From assembly GCA_947502975.1 (NCBI GenBank), contig CANNBV010000002.1:685251-749250 (forward strand): a stretch of 64,000 nt of DNA, given 5' to 3'. The notes under the pieces were generated by a model, which was not told the DNA's origin, did no database searches, and saw nothing but the letters and a program-made list of their open reading frames with translations. A program made the position numbers and the translations under genes. Source of the DNA: an uncultured Flavobacteriaceae bacterium. GTDB taxonomy: Bacteria > Bacteroidota > Bacteroidia > Flavobacteriales > Flavobacteriaceae. This document shows, piece after piece, positions 46,086-54,521 of this stretch (its first letter is position 1; each line of letters begins with the position of its first letter).

Positions 46086-46532
46086 CTAATAATTTATAGA
46101 TTCTTTAAATAAGTATGATTTTTGGTTATATTGCCAATCTATTTTAATGTTCCAACGACCATCTACCAAACGATTGTCAGGTATGAGCAAATAAGAATCA
46201 GACAATGAGATAGCAGTCTCAAAGTCTAGTTGTTTGTTAGATGGTCTATATAGGAACACTTTTCCTGTAATTTCTTTAAATGCCATATCATTAGGGAAAT
46301 TAATAACTAAGCCCTCAGCTGTACGTTCGTAATTAATATTTTCCTTTAAGTTTTTCGAATTTTTTAGCTTGTCAATATCTTTTTGGTATTTTAATTCATC
46401 AGCATAATAATCCTCACTTACTAAGTCATGATCGTACTTATCGCCTATATTCATCGAAACAATAAAATACATGATAAAGGCAATAAAGCCTATAAATGCT
46501 AACACAATTCCGGTACCCCAATTAAATTTCAT
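46086..46532 (-). CDS. fixH: FixH-family protein
   Basis: 148 aa with a single N-terminal TM (MKFNWGTGIVLAFIGFIAFIMYF) plus a periplasmic domain, directly downstream of ccoG. Confidence 0.7.
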   Translation of the reverse strand: MKFNWGTGIVLAFIGFIAFIMYFIVSMNIGDKYDHDLVSEDYYADELKYQKDIDKLKNSKNLKENINYERTAEGLVINFPNDMAFKEITGKVFLYRPSNKQLDFETAISLSDSYLLIPDNRLVDGRWNIKIDWQYNQKSYLFKESINY

Positions 46533-46546
46533 AATCTTTATTTTTT

Positions 46547-46600
46547 TGGTTTTTAGTTATTGGTTTTTAGTTATTGGTTGCTAGTTGTTGGTTTCATAAT
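46547..46600. repeat. 14-bp tandem repeat TGGTTTTTAGTTAT x2 plus two degenerate units
   Basis: The units are TTGGTTTTTAGTTA / TTGGTTTTTAGTTA / TTGGTTGCTAGTTG / TTGGTTTCATAA. On the transcribed strand this is an A/C-rich, nearly G-free leader of fixH. Confidence 0.8.
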
Positions 46601-46601
46601 T

Positions 46602-46678
46602 CCATTAACCATTAACCATTAACCATTAACCATTAACCATTAACCATTAACCATTAACCATTAACCATTAACCATTAA
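46602..46678. repeat. Perfect heptanucleotide tandem repeat (CCATTAA)x11
   Basis: I counted 11 uninterrupted units (77 bp) between the ccoG stop (46682) and the fixH leader. The transcribed strand reads (TTAATGG)x11. Confidence 0.95.
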
Positions 46679-46681
46679 TAA

Positions 46682-48106
46682 TTATCTATAACTCCTAGGT
46701 CCTAAAAAATTAGCAGTAGTGGTTTCAATTAAATCGTCACCTTTATACACGCCAATTTTAATTTTATTTCTATCTCCAGACAATGCAGCATTATTAATCT
46801 CTATAAACAAAGTACCTTCTGCAATACCCTGACTTGGTACTATAAAATCTTCACTTGTTGATACCAGTTTTAATTCACCCGTATGCGACATCAATTTAAA
46901 ACTCACGTCATTAATATCTTCGGATGTTTTATTTACCAACTTATAGGTAAACACATTACTTATAATGTTGCCTTCTTTATGTTCATATAATTGTCCAGGT
47001 AATCGCAATACATTAGCTTCAACATCATTTCTTAAAAATAGCATCCCAATAAGTAATCCAACCATAATCGACAATACAGCGATGTAGCCTTTCAATCTTG
47101 CAGATAACTTAAACTTAGCTTTCTTTTCAATATTTTCTTCACTAGCATAACGAATCAAGCCTTTTGGTAGATTAATACTTTCCATGATATGGTCACATTC
47201 ATCAATACAAGCCGTACAATTAACACACTCTAGTTGTGTACCATTTCTAATATCTATGCCTGTTGGGCAAACATGTACACATTGAAAACAATCAATACAA
47301 TCACCGTGACCTAAAGCTGCTCTGTCTTCGTTTTTTCTAAATTTCTTTCTACCTGCTTCACCTTCACCACGCTTATGATCATAGGCTACAACAATAGATT
47401 TCGTATCTAATAATACACCTTGTAATCTCCCGTAGGGGCAAGCTATAATACAAACCTGTTCTCTAAACCATGCAAACACAAAATAAAAAACACCTGTAAA
47501 AATGATTAAAGGAATAAGAGTGCCTATATGTTTAAAAGGACCGTCTGTGATATATCTAAAAAGTTTATCACTACCAATTAAATATGCTAGAAATACATTG
47601 GCAATTAAAAATGAAATGATGAGAAAAATTAAGAGTTTAAAACCTCTCTTTCTAATTTTTTCGGCATCCCATTTTTGTCGTGATAATTTACGTTGTTTGT
47701 TTCTATCACCTTCAATCCAATATTCAATACGTCTGAAAACCATTTCCATGAAAATGGTTTGCGGACAAATCCATCCACAAAATATACGCCCGAAAGCAAC
47801 CGTAAAAAGCGTAATAAACACCACACCAATGAGCATGGAAGTCACAAATAAGTGAAAATCTTGGGGCCAGAACTGAAATCCGAAAATATTAAAACGACGT
47901 TCTAAAACATTGAACATCAAAAACTGATTGCCATTAACCTTGATGAAGGGTGATAAGAGTAGAAAAGCCAACAAAAAGTAGCTCACATATTTTCTGTACT
48001 CATAAAACTTACCACTAGGTTTTTTAGGGTATACCCATGCGCGTTTTCCTTCCTCAGTTATGGTAGCAATGGAATCTCTAAATATTTCGTTTTCTGGGGT
48101 TTCCAT
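46682..48106 (-). CDS. ccoG: cbb3 oxidase accessory protein CcoG (polyferredoxin)
   Basis: 474 aa with FCGWICPQT, 4Fe-4S motifs CIDCFQCVHVCP and CVNCTACIDEC, and a C-terminal Ig-like domain. Confidence 0.9.
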   Translation of the reverse strand: METPENEIFRDSIATITEEGKRAWVYPKKPSGKFYEYRKYVSYFLLAFLLLSPFIKVNGNQFLMFNVLERRFNIFGFQFWPQDFHLFVTSMLIGVVFITLFTVAFGRIFCGWICPQTIFMEMVFRRIEYWIEGDRNKQRKLSRQKWDAEKIRKRGFKLLIFLIISFLIANVFLAYLIGSDKLFRYITDGPFKHIGTLIPLIIFTGVFYFVFAWFREQVCIIACPYGRLQGVLLDTKSIVVAYDHKRGEGEAGRKKFRKNEDRAALGHGDCIDCFQCVHVCPTGIDIRNGTQLECVNCTACIDECDHIMESINLPKGLIRYASEENIEKKAKFKLSARLKGYIAVLSIMVGLLIGMLFLRNDVEANVLRLPGQLYEHKEGNIISNVFTYKLVNKTSEDINDVSFKLMSHTGELKLVSTSEDFIVPSQGIAEGTLFIEINNAALSGDRNKIKIGVYKGDDLIETTTANFLGPRSYR

Positions 48107-48221
48107 TTATTGTTGTCTAGAACTTAAAAAGGGTATTAAAACTGCTTTAAAAAGATCTGCATAATCATATCGACCATACAGATCTTAAAGTTTAGTTTAG
48201 TGTTACGTTTATAAACTGTTT

Positions 48222-49151
48222 TTATTCTGTTGCTGTTTCGGTTGTTGTCTCTGTTTTAGTATCGCTATTTTCTGCTGTTTCATCAACCCAAATATCACCT
48301 TCAGCGGGTTTAGGATTAGCTGGTGTTGTACCTTCAAGTGTTAATACATAACTAGCTACTTTTGCAATTTGTGATGGTTTTAATTGTGCTTTCCAAGGAA
48401 TCATACCTTTTCCAGAACGTCCACCTTCAGAGATGGTTTTAAATACATTTTTAATACCACCACCTAAAATCCAGTGTTTATCAGTTAGGTTTGGTCCAAT
48501 ACCGCCGCCGCCATCTGCCATATGACAAGCAACACAGTTAGTTTCAAAAATAGATTTACCAGTATTTAGATCTTCAGCACTAGTTAAAACTTCAACCGTA
48601 TTAAAATCTACTAAATCTTTAGCAGTTTTTTTATAGGTTTCAACTTCTAATTTGGCTTGTGCTAACTCAGTTTCTAATTCATCAAATTGATTTTCTCCAT
48701 CAAAAATGTGGTATCTCACAAGATATATCGCAGCAAATATTATGGTGGCATAAAATCCGTATAACCACCATGGCGGTAGATTGTTATCTAATTCTTTAAT
48801 ACCGTCATAATTATGGTCCAAAATAATTTCACCTTCTTCCTCAATTGGTTTCTGCCCCAATAGTTTTTGGTAGGTTTCTTTTAACCAAGTAAACTGTAAC
48901 GATTTTTCTTTTTCAGCTAAAAAACGAGCTCTAGCTTCTTTGTCTAATTTGTGAAGCATTACGTTTTCTAATGCACCAACAATAGCTTCAATAGCTATTA
49001 AAATTAACAATACTAATAAGAGAAATAATAGTACTGCTGGATATTCAATAAATGCAGGTTTCTCACCAGAATCTATAAAGAATTCTACTGCTCCGAATAT
49101 AATAAAGAATACTACAGGAACACGAATCCAGGATGGAATTAAATTTCGCAT
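48222..49151 (-). CDS. ccoP: cbb3-type cytochrome c oxidase subunit III (CcoP), single heme c motif
   Basis: 309 aa with the FixP_N block LPPWWLYGFYATIIF and one CxxCH (CVACH). There are extra N-terminal TMs and an acidic T/E-rich tail. Confidence 0.85.
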   Translation of the reverse strand: MRNLIPSWIRVPVVFFIIFGAVEFFIDSGEKPAFIEYPAVLLFLLLVLLILIAIEAIVGALENVMLHKLDKEARARFLAEKEKSLQFTWLKETYQKLLGQKPIEEEGEIILDHNYDGIKELDNNLPPWWLYGFYATIIFAAIYLVRYHIFDGENQFDELETELAQAKLEVETYKKTAKDLVDFNTVEVLTSAEDLNTGKSIFETNCVACHMADGGGGIGPNLTDKHWILGGGIKNVFKTISEGGRSGKGMIPWKAQLKPSQIAKVASYVLTLEGTTPANPKPAEGDIWVDETAENSDTKTETTTETATE

Positions 49152-49333
49152 GATGTGTCGTTATTTTGGTTGTCTAATGGTATATTACTTACGGTTTTTA
49201 AATAGTCTTTTTTAGCAGTGATTACCCACCAAAAAAGTGCTACAAAAAAGATAAAAAAGATGAGTAGCGAAATGATAGGATAGATTTCTATCCCTGTAAT
49301 GCTCTCCATATGATTTTTTACAAATTTTAACAT
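49139..49333 (-). CDS. ccoQ: CcoQ/FixQ-like small subunit
   Basis: 64 aa with a single TM (IYPIISLLIFFIFFVALFWWV), between ccoNO and ccoP. It overlaps ccoP by 13 nt. Confidence 0.6.
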   Translation of the reverse strand: MLKFVKNHMESITGIEIYPIISLLIFFIFFVALFWWVITAKKDYLKTVSNIPLDNQNNDTSCEI

Positions 49334-49354
49334 TGTATATTGGTTTTTGGTTTA

Positions 49355-49372
49355 TAGTTTTTGGTTGCTAGT
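49355..49372 (-). promoter_or_regulatory. Conserved leader block ACTAGCAACCAAAAACTA (minus strand) upstream of ccoQ
   Basis: 17/18 identical to 46568-46585 upstream of fixH. Both lie in A/C-rich intra-operon leaders. Confidence 0.5.
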
Positions 49373-49401
49373 AAAGGATATAAACAACTATAAACTATTA
49401 A

Positions 49402-51585
49402 CTATTTTTGTGCGGTTTCAACTTTGATATCCGTCCCTAATCGTTGTAAATAAGCAATAAGCGCAACAATCTCACGGTTTTTCATTTCTACAAAGTCTTC
49501 ACCGTTTTCAGAAGCAAACTTTTTATCTGCTTCATAGGTTTTAGCAAAATCAGGATCACTATACAAGTTTTCCTCTATTTGTGTACCTTGTTCTAGCATA
49601 CTTTGTTGCGCTGCCACAATTTCTTCATCAGAATACGGTACACCAAGGGAAACCATGGCCTGCATCTTTATTTCAGTTTGCGACTTGTCTAATTCATTTT
49701 TAATCAGCCATTGGTATCGTGGCATAATAGAACCAGAAGAGGTACTCTGCGGATCATACATATGATTAAAATGCCAGTTATCAGAATACTTTCCACCTAA
49801 GCGATGCAAGTCAGGTCCTGTACGTTTACTTCCCCATAAGAATGGATGATCGTAAACAAATTCTCCAGCTTTAGAGTATTCGCCATAGCGCTCTACCTCA
49901 CTTCTAAACGGACGAATCATTTGCGAATGACACCCCACACAACCTTCTCGGATGTATATGTCTCTCCCTTCTAATTCTAAAGGAGAATAAGGTTTTACAC
50001 TAGCAATTGTCGGTATATTCGATTTTACCATTATTGTTGGAACAATTTGTATAATACCACCAATTAGTATGGCAACCGTTGCTAAAATGGTTAATTGAAT
50101 TGGTCTTCTTTCTAACCAAGTGTGCCAACCTTCACTAGAAGTACGTTTTTTAGTAACATGTTCTAATGCTGGTGCTTCAGCTAATTCATCTTGTACTTTG
50201 CTACCACTTCTTACAGTAGCAATAACGTTAGCAACTAGAATTAGCATACCAATAATATAAAGTGTGCCACCAATAGCACGCATCCAGTACATTGGTATAA
50301 TTTCAGTAACGGTCTCTAAAAAGTTACCATAAACCAAACTTCCGTCAGGATTAAATTGCTTCCACATACTTGCTTGTGTAAACCCAGCAACATACATTGG
50401 TAATGCATATATTATGATACCTAAGGTGCCTAACCAGAAATGTAAATTAGCTAAGCCCAAAGAGTATAGTTTCGTTTTAAATAATCTTGGAATCAAATAA
50501 TAAATAATACCAAAGGCCATAAAACCGTTCCAAGCTAAGGCACCTACGTGTACGTGCGCAATAATCCAATCGGTAAAATGTGCAATAGCATTTACATTTT
50601 TAAGCGATAGAGTAGGACCTTCAAAAGTTGCCATACCATAACCCGTAATAGCTACCACCATAAATTTTAAAACAGGGTCGGTTCGTACTTTATCCCAAGC
50701 ACCACGTAAGGTTAGCAGTCCGTTTATCATACCACCCCAAGATGGCATTAATAACATCACAGAAAATGCGACACCTAAATTTTGAGCCCATTCTGGTAGC
50801 GCGGTATATAATAAATGGTGAGGTCCTGCCCAGATATAAATAAAGATTAAGGACCAGAAGTGTACAATAGATAGTCTATAAGAATACACAGGTCTATTTG
50901 CAGCTTTAGGCACAAAGTAGTACATCAAACCTAAAAATGGTGTGGTTAAAAAGAAAGCCACCGCATTATGTCCGTACCACCATTGTACTAAGGCATCTTG
51001 CACACCAGCGTAAACTGAATAACTTTTTAAGCCACTAACAGGTAACTCTAAACTATTAAAAATATGAAGTACCGCAACAGTAATAAACGTAGCTAGGTAA
51101 AACCAAACCGCTACATATAAATGACGCTGGCGACGTTTTAAAATCGTCCAAATCATATTCACACCAAACACCACCCAAATTAGCGCAATGGCAATATCTA
51201 TGGGCCATTCCAATTCAGCATATTCTTTAGAAGTAGTGTATCCTAGTGGTAACGAAATCGCAGCAGCAACAATAATTAATTGCCAACCCCAAAAGTTAAT
51301 ATTACTTAAAAGGTCGCTCGCCATACGTGTTTTTAGTAAGCGTTGTAACGAATAATAAATTCCCGCAAACATCGCATTACCCACAAAGGCAAAAATCACA
51401 GCATTGGTATGTAAAGGTCTTAAACGACCAAAACTTAACCACGATATGCCATCGGTTAGATTTGGGAACAAAAACATAAAGGCTAGAATAAGCCCCACAA
51501 GCATTCCTACAACTCCAAAAATTATCGTAGCGTAGAGAAATTTAGTAACGATTTTATTATCGTAATGAAACTGTTGCATTTCCAT
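49402..51585 (-). CDS. ccoNO: cbb3-type cytochrome c oxidase, fused subunits I and II (CcoN-CcoO)
   Basis: 727 aa with a 12-TM heme-copper core (GHNAVAFF, WAGPHHL, HFTDWIIAHVHVG) fused to a CcoO domain carrying CVGCH. Confidence 0.93.
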   Translation of the reverse strand: MEMQQFHYDNKIVTKFLYATIIFGVVGMLVGLILAFMFLFPNLTDGISWLSFGRLRPLHTNAVIFAFVGNAMFAGIYYSLQRLLKTRMASDLLSNINFWGWQLIIVAAAISLPLGYTTSKEYAELEWPIDIAIALIWVVFGVNMIWTILKRRQRHLYVAVWFYLATFITVAVLHIFNSLELPVSGLKSYSVYAGVQDALVQWWYGHNAVAFFLTTPFLGLMYYFVPKAANRPVYSYRLSIVHFWSLIFIYIWAGPHHLLYTALPEWAQNLGVAFSVMLLMPSWGGMINGLLTLRGAWDKVRTDPVLKFMVVAITGYGMATFEGPTLSLKNVNAIAHFTDWIIAHVHVGALAWNGFMAFGIIYYLIPRLFKTKLYSLGLANLHFWLGTLGIIIYALPMYVAGFTQASMWKQFNPDGSLVYGNFLETVTEIIPMYWMRAIGGTLYIIGMLILVANVIATVRSGSKVQDELAEAPALEHVTKKRTSSEGWHTWLERRPIQLTILATVAILIGGIIQIVPTIMVKSNIPTIASVKPYSPLELEGRDIYIREGCVGCHSQMIRPFRSEVERYGEYSKAGEFVYDHPFLWGSKRTGPDLHRLGGKYSDNWHFNHMYDPQSTSSGSIMPRYQWLIKNELDKSQTEIKMQAMVSLGVPYSDEEIVAAQQSMLEQGTQIEENLYSDPDFAKTYEADKKFASENGEDFVEMKNREIVALIAYLQRLGTDIKVETAQK

Positions 51586-51595
51586 AATTTGAAAT

Positions 51596-51781
51596 TTATT
51601 CTTCTTTGGTTAGTATCGTTTTATCGGTTTTATCTTTAATTAATTCATCCTCAAAAAGCATGCGTACAGAAGGAGTGTAGCCATCATCAAACTGTCCTTT
51701 CTTTACAGCAATAACAAACACTACAAAAAACGCTATAGCAATTAAAATGCTAACAGCAAGTAAAATATATATAACACTCAT
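51596..51781 (-). CDS. ccoS: cbb3 oxidase maturation protein CcoS
   Basis: 61 aa with a single TM followed by KKGQFDD, the typical CcoS signature. Confidence 0.85.
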   Translation of the reverse strand: MSVIYILLAVSILIAIAFFVVFVIAVKKGQFDDGYTPSVRMLFEDELIKDKTDKTILTKEE

Positions 51782-51801
51782 ACCTATTTGAAGTTATGGT
51801 T

Positions 51802-51809
51802 CAAAAGTA
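51802..51809 (-). promoter_or_regulatory. -7 promoter box TACTTTTG for ccoS-ccoNOQP
   Basis: TAnnTTTG on the minus strand, 21 nt upstream of the ccoS ATG. Confidence 0.55.
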
Positions 51810-51831
51810 CCTTCATCGTTCTTTTTAAAAG

Positions 51832-51845
51832 ATGACATTTGTCAT
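51832..51845. promoter_or_regulatory. CRP/FNR-type box ATGAC-ATTT-GTCAT upstream of ccoS
   Basis: Perfect 5-4-5 dyad with its centre 33 nt from the -7 box centre. The 15-mer is identical to 54416-54430. Confidence 0.65.
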
Positions 51846-51869
51846 GTTTCATTATTTATTTTCATTTTA

Positions 51870-51956
51870 TTTGGGCGTTTCCCTATCGGGTCGGGCTTTC
51901 CGTTCCAAGTCCTCGCTCGTGCCTCGCTGTGGGCTTTCCTCTGCAATCCCTAACGC
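51870..51956 (-). repeat. GC-rich intergenic repeat, family B (copy 5)
   Basis: The reverse complement reads GCGTTAGGGATTGCAGAGGAAAGCCCACAGCGAGGCACGAGCGAGGACTTGGAACGGAAAGCCCGACCCGATAGGGAAACGCCCAAA. It sits between the ccoI stop and the ccoS promoter. Confidence 0.8.
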
Positions 51957-51984
51957 GCTCACCTGCCAATATTTATCTCAATAC

Positions 51985-54360
51985 CTATTTCAGTTTTCGT
52001 CCTAAAACGTTCGTGCAAACCGTAGTAAACACCACAATACTTATCGAACTCAAAGGCATTAAAATTGCAGCTATTACTGGTGCTAATTGACCAGTAATTG
52101 CAAAATAGAGCCCAATAGAATTGTAAATAAACGACAGCGCAAAACTCCATTTTATAATTGTTATGGCTTGTTTTGATGCTTTAATGAAACCGGGTAATGC
52201 GTTAAATTTTGTAGCATCCAAAATGGCATCACAAGCAGGCGAAAACACGTTCACATCTTCCGAAATAGCTATACCAACATTACTCTGTGCTAAAGCGCCC
52301 GCATCGTTTAACCCATCTCCAATCATTAACACTTTTGCACCAGAATCTTGATGATGTTTTATGTATTCTAGCTTGTCTTCAGGTTTCTGATTAAAAAACA
52401 GTTTTGTCTTAGCGGGTAATAGTTTTGTTAGGTTTTCTTTTTCTCCTGCATTATCTCCAGAAAGGATTACCAAATCGTACTCTTTTTTAAGTTTATTAAA
52501 TAGTTTAGAGAGTCCTTTTCTGTACTTATTATAAAAGGTGAATTTTCCTTTGTATTGGTTGTTTGTGCTTACATGTACAGCAGTATTCAATGTAGTGCTT
52601 TCTGAAGCATAGCCCACAAAAGGTGCAGATCCAATTTTTATGGAATTAGCATTATGTTTGGCAGTAATTCCTTTTCCAATGTGTTCTTCGTAATCATCTA
52701 AAGTTAAAATGTTATTGTCTTCTAAAAGTGCATACAACGAGCGACTCAAAGGATGATTAGAATTTCGTAACGAACTTTTTAATAGTATTTCCTCAGCTTC
52801 CGAAAGTGCAGAACCTTCATAAGCGATAGATGTTTCTTTATTAGCGGTTATAGTACCAGTTTTATCAAAAATAATAGTGTCAATAGCGGCTAATTGTTCG
52901 ATAACTGAAGCATTTTTAGCATAAAACTTCAACTTCCCAAAAATGCGCAAAAGGTTTCCAAAAGTAAAAGGTGCAGCCAATGCAATAGCACAAGGGCAAG
53001 CGATAATTAAAACTGCTGTAAATACATTTAAAGCCTTTGAATCGTCTATTATAAGCCAATAACTTGTTGCTATTATTGCTATACTTAGTACTGCGACTGT
53101 GAACTGTTTACTGATACTATTGGTGAGATTGGTAAAACTGTCTTCTTTCTTTTTATTAAATACATCATTACTCCATAACTGTGTTAAATAACTCTGCTCT
53201 ACAGTTTTTAAAACATCTACTTCAATACTGCTATCTAATTGTTTTCCACCAGCAAATAATTTATCACCAGATTGTTTAGAAACTGCATCCGCTTCTCCTG
53301 TCACAAAACTGTAGTCAATTCTAGCATTTCCTTTTATCAAAATACAATCCACAGGGATTAATTCTTCATTGCGGATTAGAAGTCTATCTCCCTTTTCAAT
53401 ATCATATACTTGAACAGCCATTTCTTGTCCATCAGAAGTTATTTTGGTTATCCCGATAGGGAAATACGATTTGTAATCGCGTTCAAATGATAAAAAATTA
53501 TAAGTTTTTTGCTGGAAAAATTTACCAAGTAATAAGAAGAATACTAATCCTGATAAGCTGTCAAAAAAACCAGTGCCGATATCAAAAACAATTTCGGCTG
53601 TACTCCTTAAAAACAAAACTGTAACGCCTAGTGCAATGGGTACATCAATATTTAGTAGCTTAGATGTTAAGCCCTTAAAAGCAGAAATAAAATAGTCTTG
53701 AGCACAATAAAAGACTACAGGAAGGGAGAACGCAAACATCAACCATCTAAATACTGGTGCATATTGTTCAATCCAAAATCCGTTCACTTGAAAATATTCG
53801 GGAAACGATAAAAACATTATGTTTCCGAAGGCAAAACCTGCAATCCCTAGTTTGTAAATTAAAGAACGGTCTATATTTTTTTTACCAATACTATAATCAT
53901 CTAAACTAATAAAAGGTTCGTAGCCAATGCTACTCAGTAATTTTACAAGTGCTTTTAAAGAAAAGTGTTCAGCATTATAAGTTACGCGAACTGTTTTCTT
54001 TCCAAAATTTACTATCGAAGCACTAACAGAAGGATGTAATTTATTAAGATTTTCTAGAATCCAAATACAAGAACTACAATGAATATGTGGAATGTAAAGT
54101 GTCACGATTTGTATATTATCATCGTTAAACTCTAGCAAACTTTCAACAATTTTAGCGTTATCTAAAAAGTTGTATTTACCCTCAATTTCTTTTGGAGTAG
54201 CACCTGGTGCATTTTGTAAATCGTAGTAGCAGCTTAAATCATTTTCAGAAAAAATCTCGTATACAGTTTTGCAACCGTTACAACAAAACGGTTTCTCATC
54301 ATAGATAATTTCGGAAGACGATGTATCTAACCCACAGTGGAAACATGTTTTTGCCTCCAT
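51985..54360 (-). CDS. ccoI: Copper-translocating P1B-type ATPase CcoI/FixI
   Basis: 791 aa with N-terminal Cys motifs (CFHCGL, CCNGCK), an HMA-like domain, CPC (IACPCAIALAAP), DKTGTIT and GDGLNDAG. Confidence 0.9.
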   Translation of the reverse strand: MEAKTCFHCGLDTSSSEIIYDEKPFCCNGCKTVYEIFSENDLSCYYDLQNAPGATPKEIEGKYNFLDNAKIVESLLEFNDDNIQIVTLYIPHIHCSSCIWILENLNKLHPSVSASIVNFGKKTVRVTYNAEHFSLKALVKLLSSIGYEPFISLDDYSIGKKNIDRSLIYKLGIAGFAFGNIMFLSFPEYFQVNGFWIEQYAPVFRWLMFAFSLPVVFYCAQDYFISAFKGLTSKLLNIDVPIALGVTVLFLRSTAEIVFDIGTGFFDSLSGLVFFLLLGKFFQQKTYNFLSFERDYKSYFPIGITKITSDGQEMAVQVYDIEKGDRLLIRNEELIPVDCILIKGNARIDYSFVTGEADAVSKQSGDKLFAGGKQLDSSIEVDVLKTVEQSYLTQLWSNDVFNKKKEDSFTNLTNSISKQFTVAVLSIAIIATSYWLIIDDSKALNVFTAVLIIACPCAIALAAPFTFGNLLRIFGKLKFYAKNASVIEQLAAIDTIIFDKTGTITANKETSIAYEGSALSEAEEILLKSSLRNSNHPLSRSLYALLEDNNILTLDDYEEHIGKGITAKHNANSIKIGSAPFVGYASESTTLNTAVHVSTNNQYKGKFTFYNKYRKGLSKLFNKLKKEYDLVILSGDNAGEKENLTKLLPAKTKLFFNQKPEDKLEYIKHHQDSGAKVLMIGDGLNDAGALAQSNVGIAISEDVNVFSPACDAILDATKFNALPGFIKASKQAITIIKWSFALSFIYNSIGLYFAITGQLAPVIAAILMPLSSISIVVFTTVCTNVLGRKLK

Positions 54361-54385
54361 AATATTTGCTCATTTATACCTGAGG

Positions 54386-54393
54386 CAAAGTTG
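54386..54393 (-). promoter_or_regulatory. Candidate -7 box CAACTTTG for ccoI (one mismatch to TAnnTTTG)
   Basis: Lies 26 nt upstream of the ccoI ATG and exactly 33 nt (centre to centre) from the FNR-type box. Confidence 0.4.
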
Positions 54394-54415
54394 TGAAATG
54401 TGGTGTTTTTAAAAT

Positions 54416-54429
54416 ATGACATTTGTCAT
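54416..54429. promoter_or_regulatory. CRP/FNR-type box ATGAC-ATTT-GTCAT in the ccoI/fnr divergent region
   Basis: Perfect dyad, followed by ATTATTTATTTT as at the ccoS site. It is 93 nt upstream of the fnr ATG. Confidence 0.65.
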
Positions 54430-54521
54430 GCTTTAGTGAAATTATTTATTTTGTAAGACCATGACGATTTATTGGTTTTACGAAATTGTTTAGTTATTTT
54501 TACCATGCTAAATATGTCAGT

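Noticed and set aside
46547-46678. Possibility that the 14-bp and 7-bp repeats are a CRISPR array
   Set aside because: The units are contiguous with no spacers and are far shorter than CRISPR repeats. No cas genes are present in the window.
51839-52150. Track ORFs 51839..52090(+) and 51959..52150(-)
   Set aside because: The plus ORF is created by the GC-rich family B repeat plus the antisense of the ccoI 3' end. The minus ORF is out of frame within ccoI. The PYRVGLSVPSPRS-type translation is typical of repeat-derived pseudo-ORFs.
54486-54521. TTG start at 54486 for the fnr-like gene
   Set aside because: It adds 12 unconserved-looking residues. The ATG at 54522 places the CxxC motif at the extreme N-terminus, as expected for FNR-like sensors.
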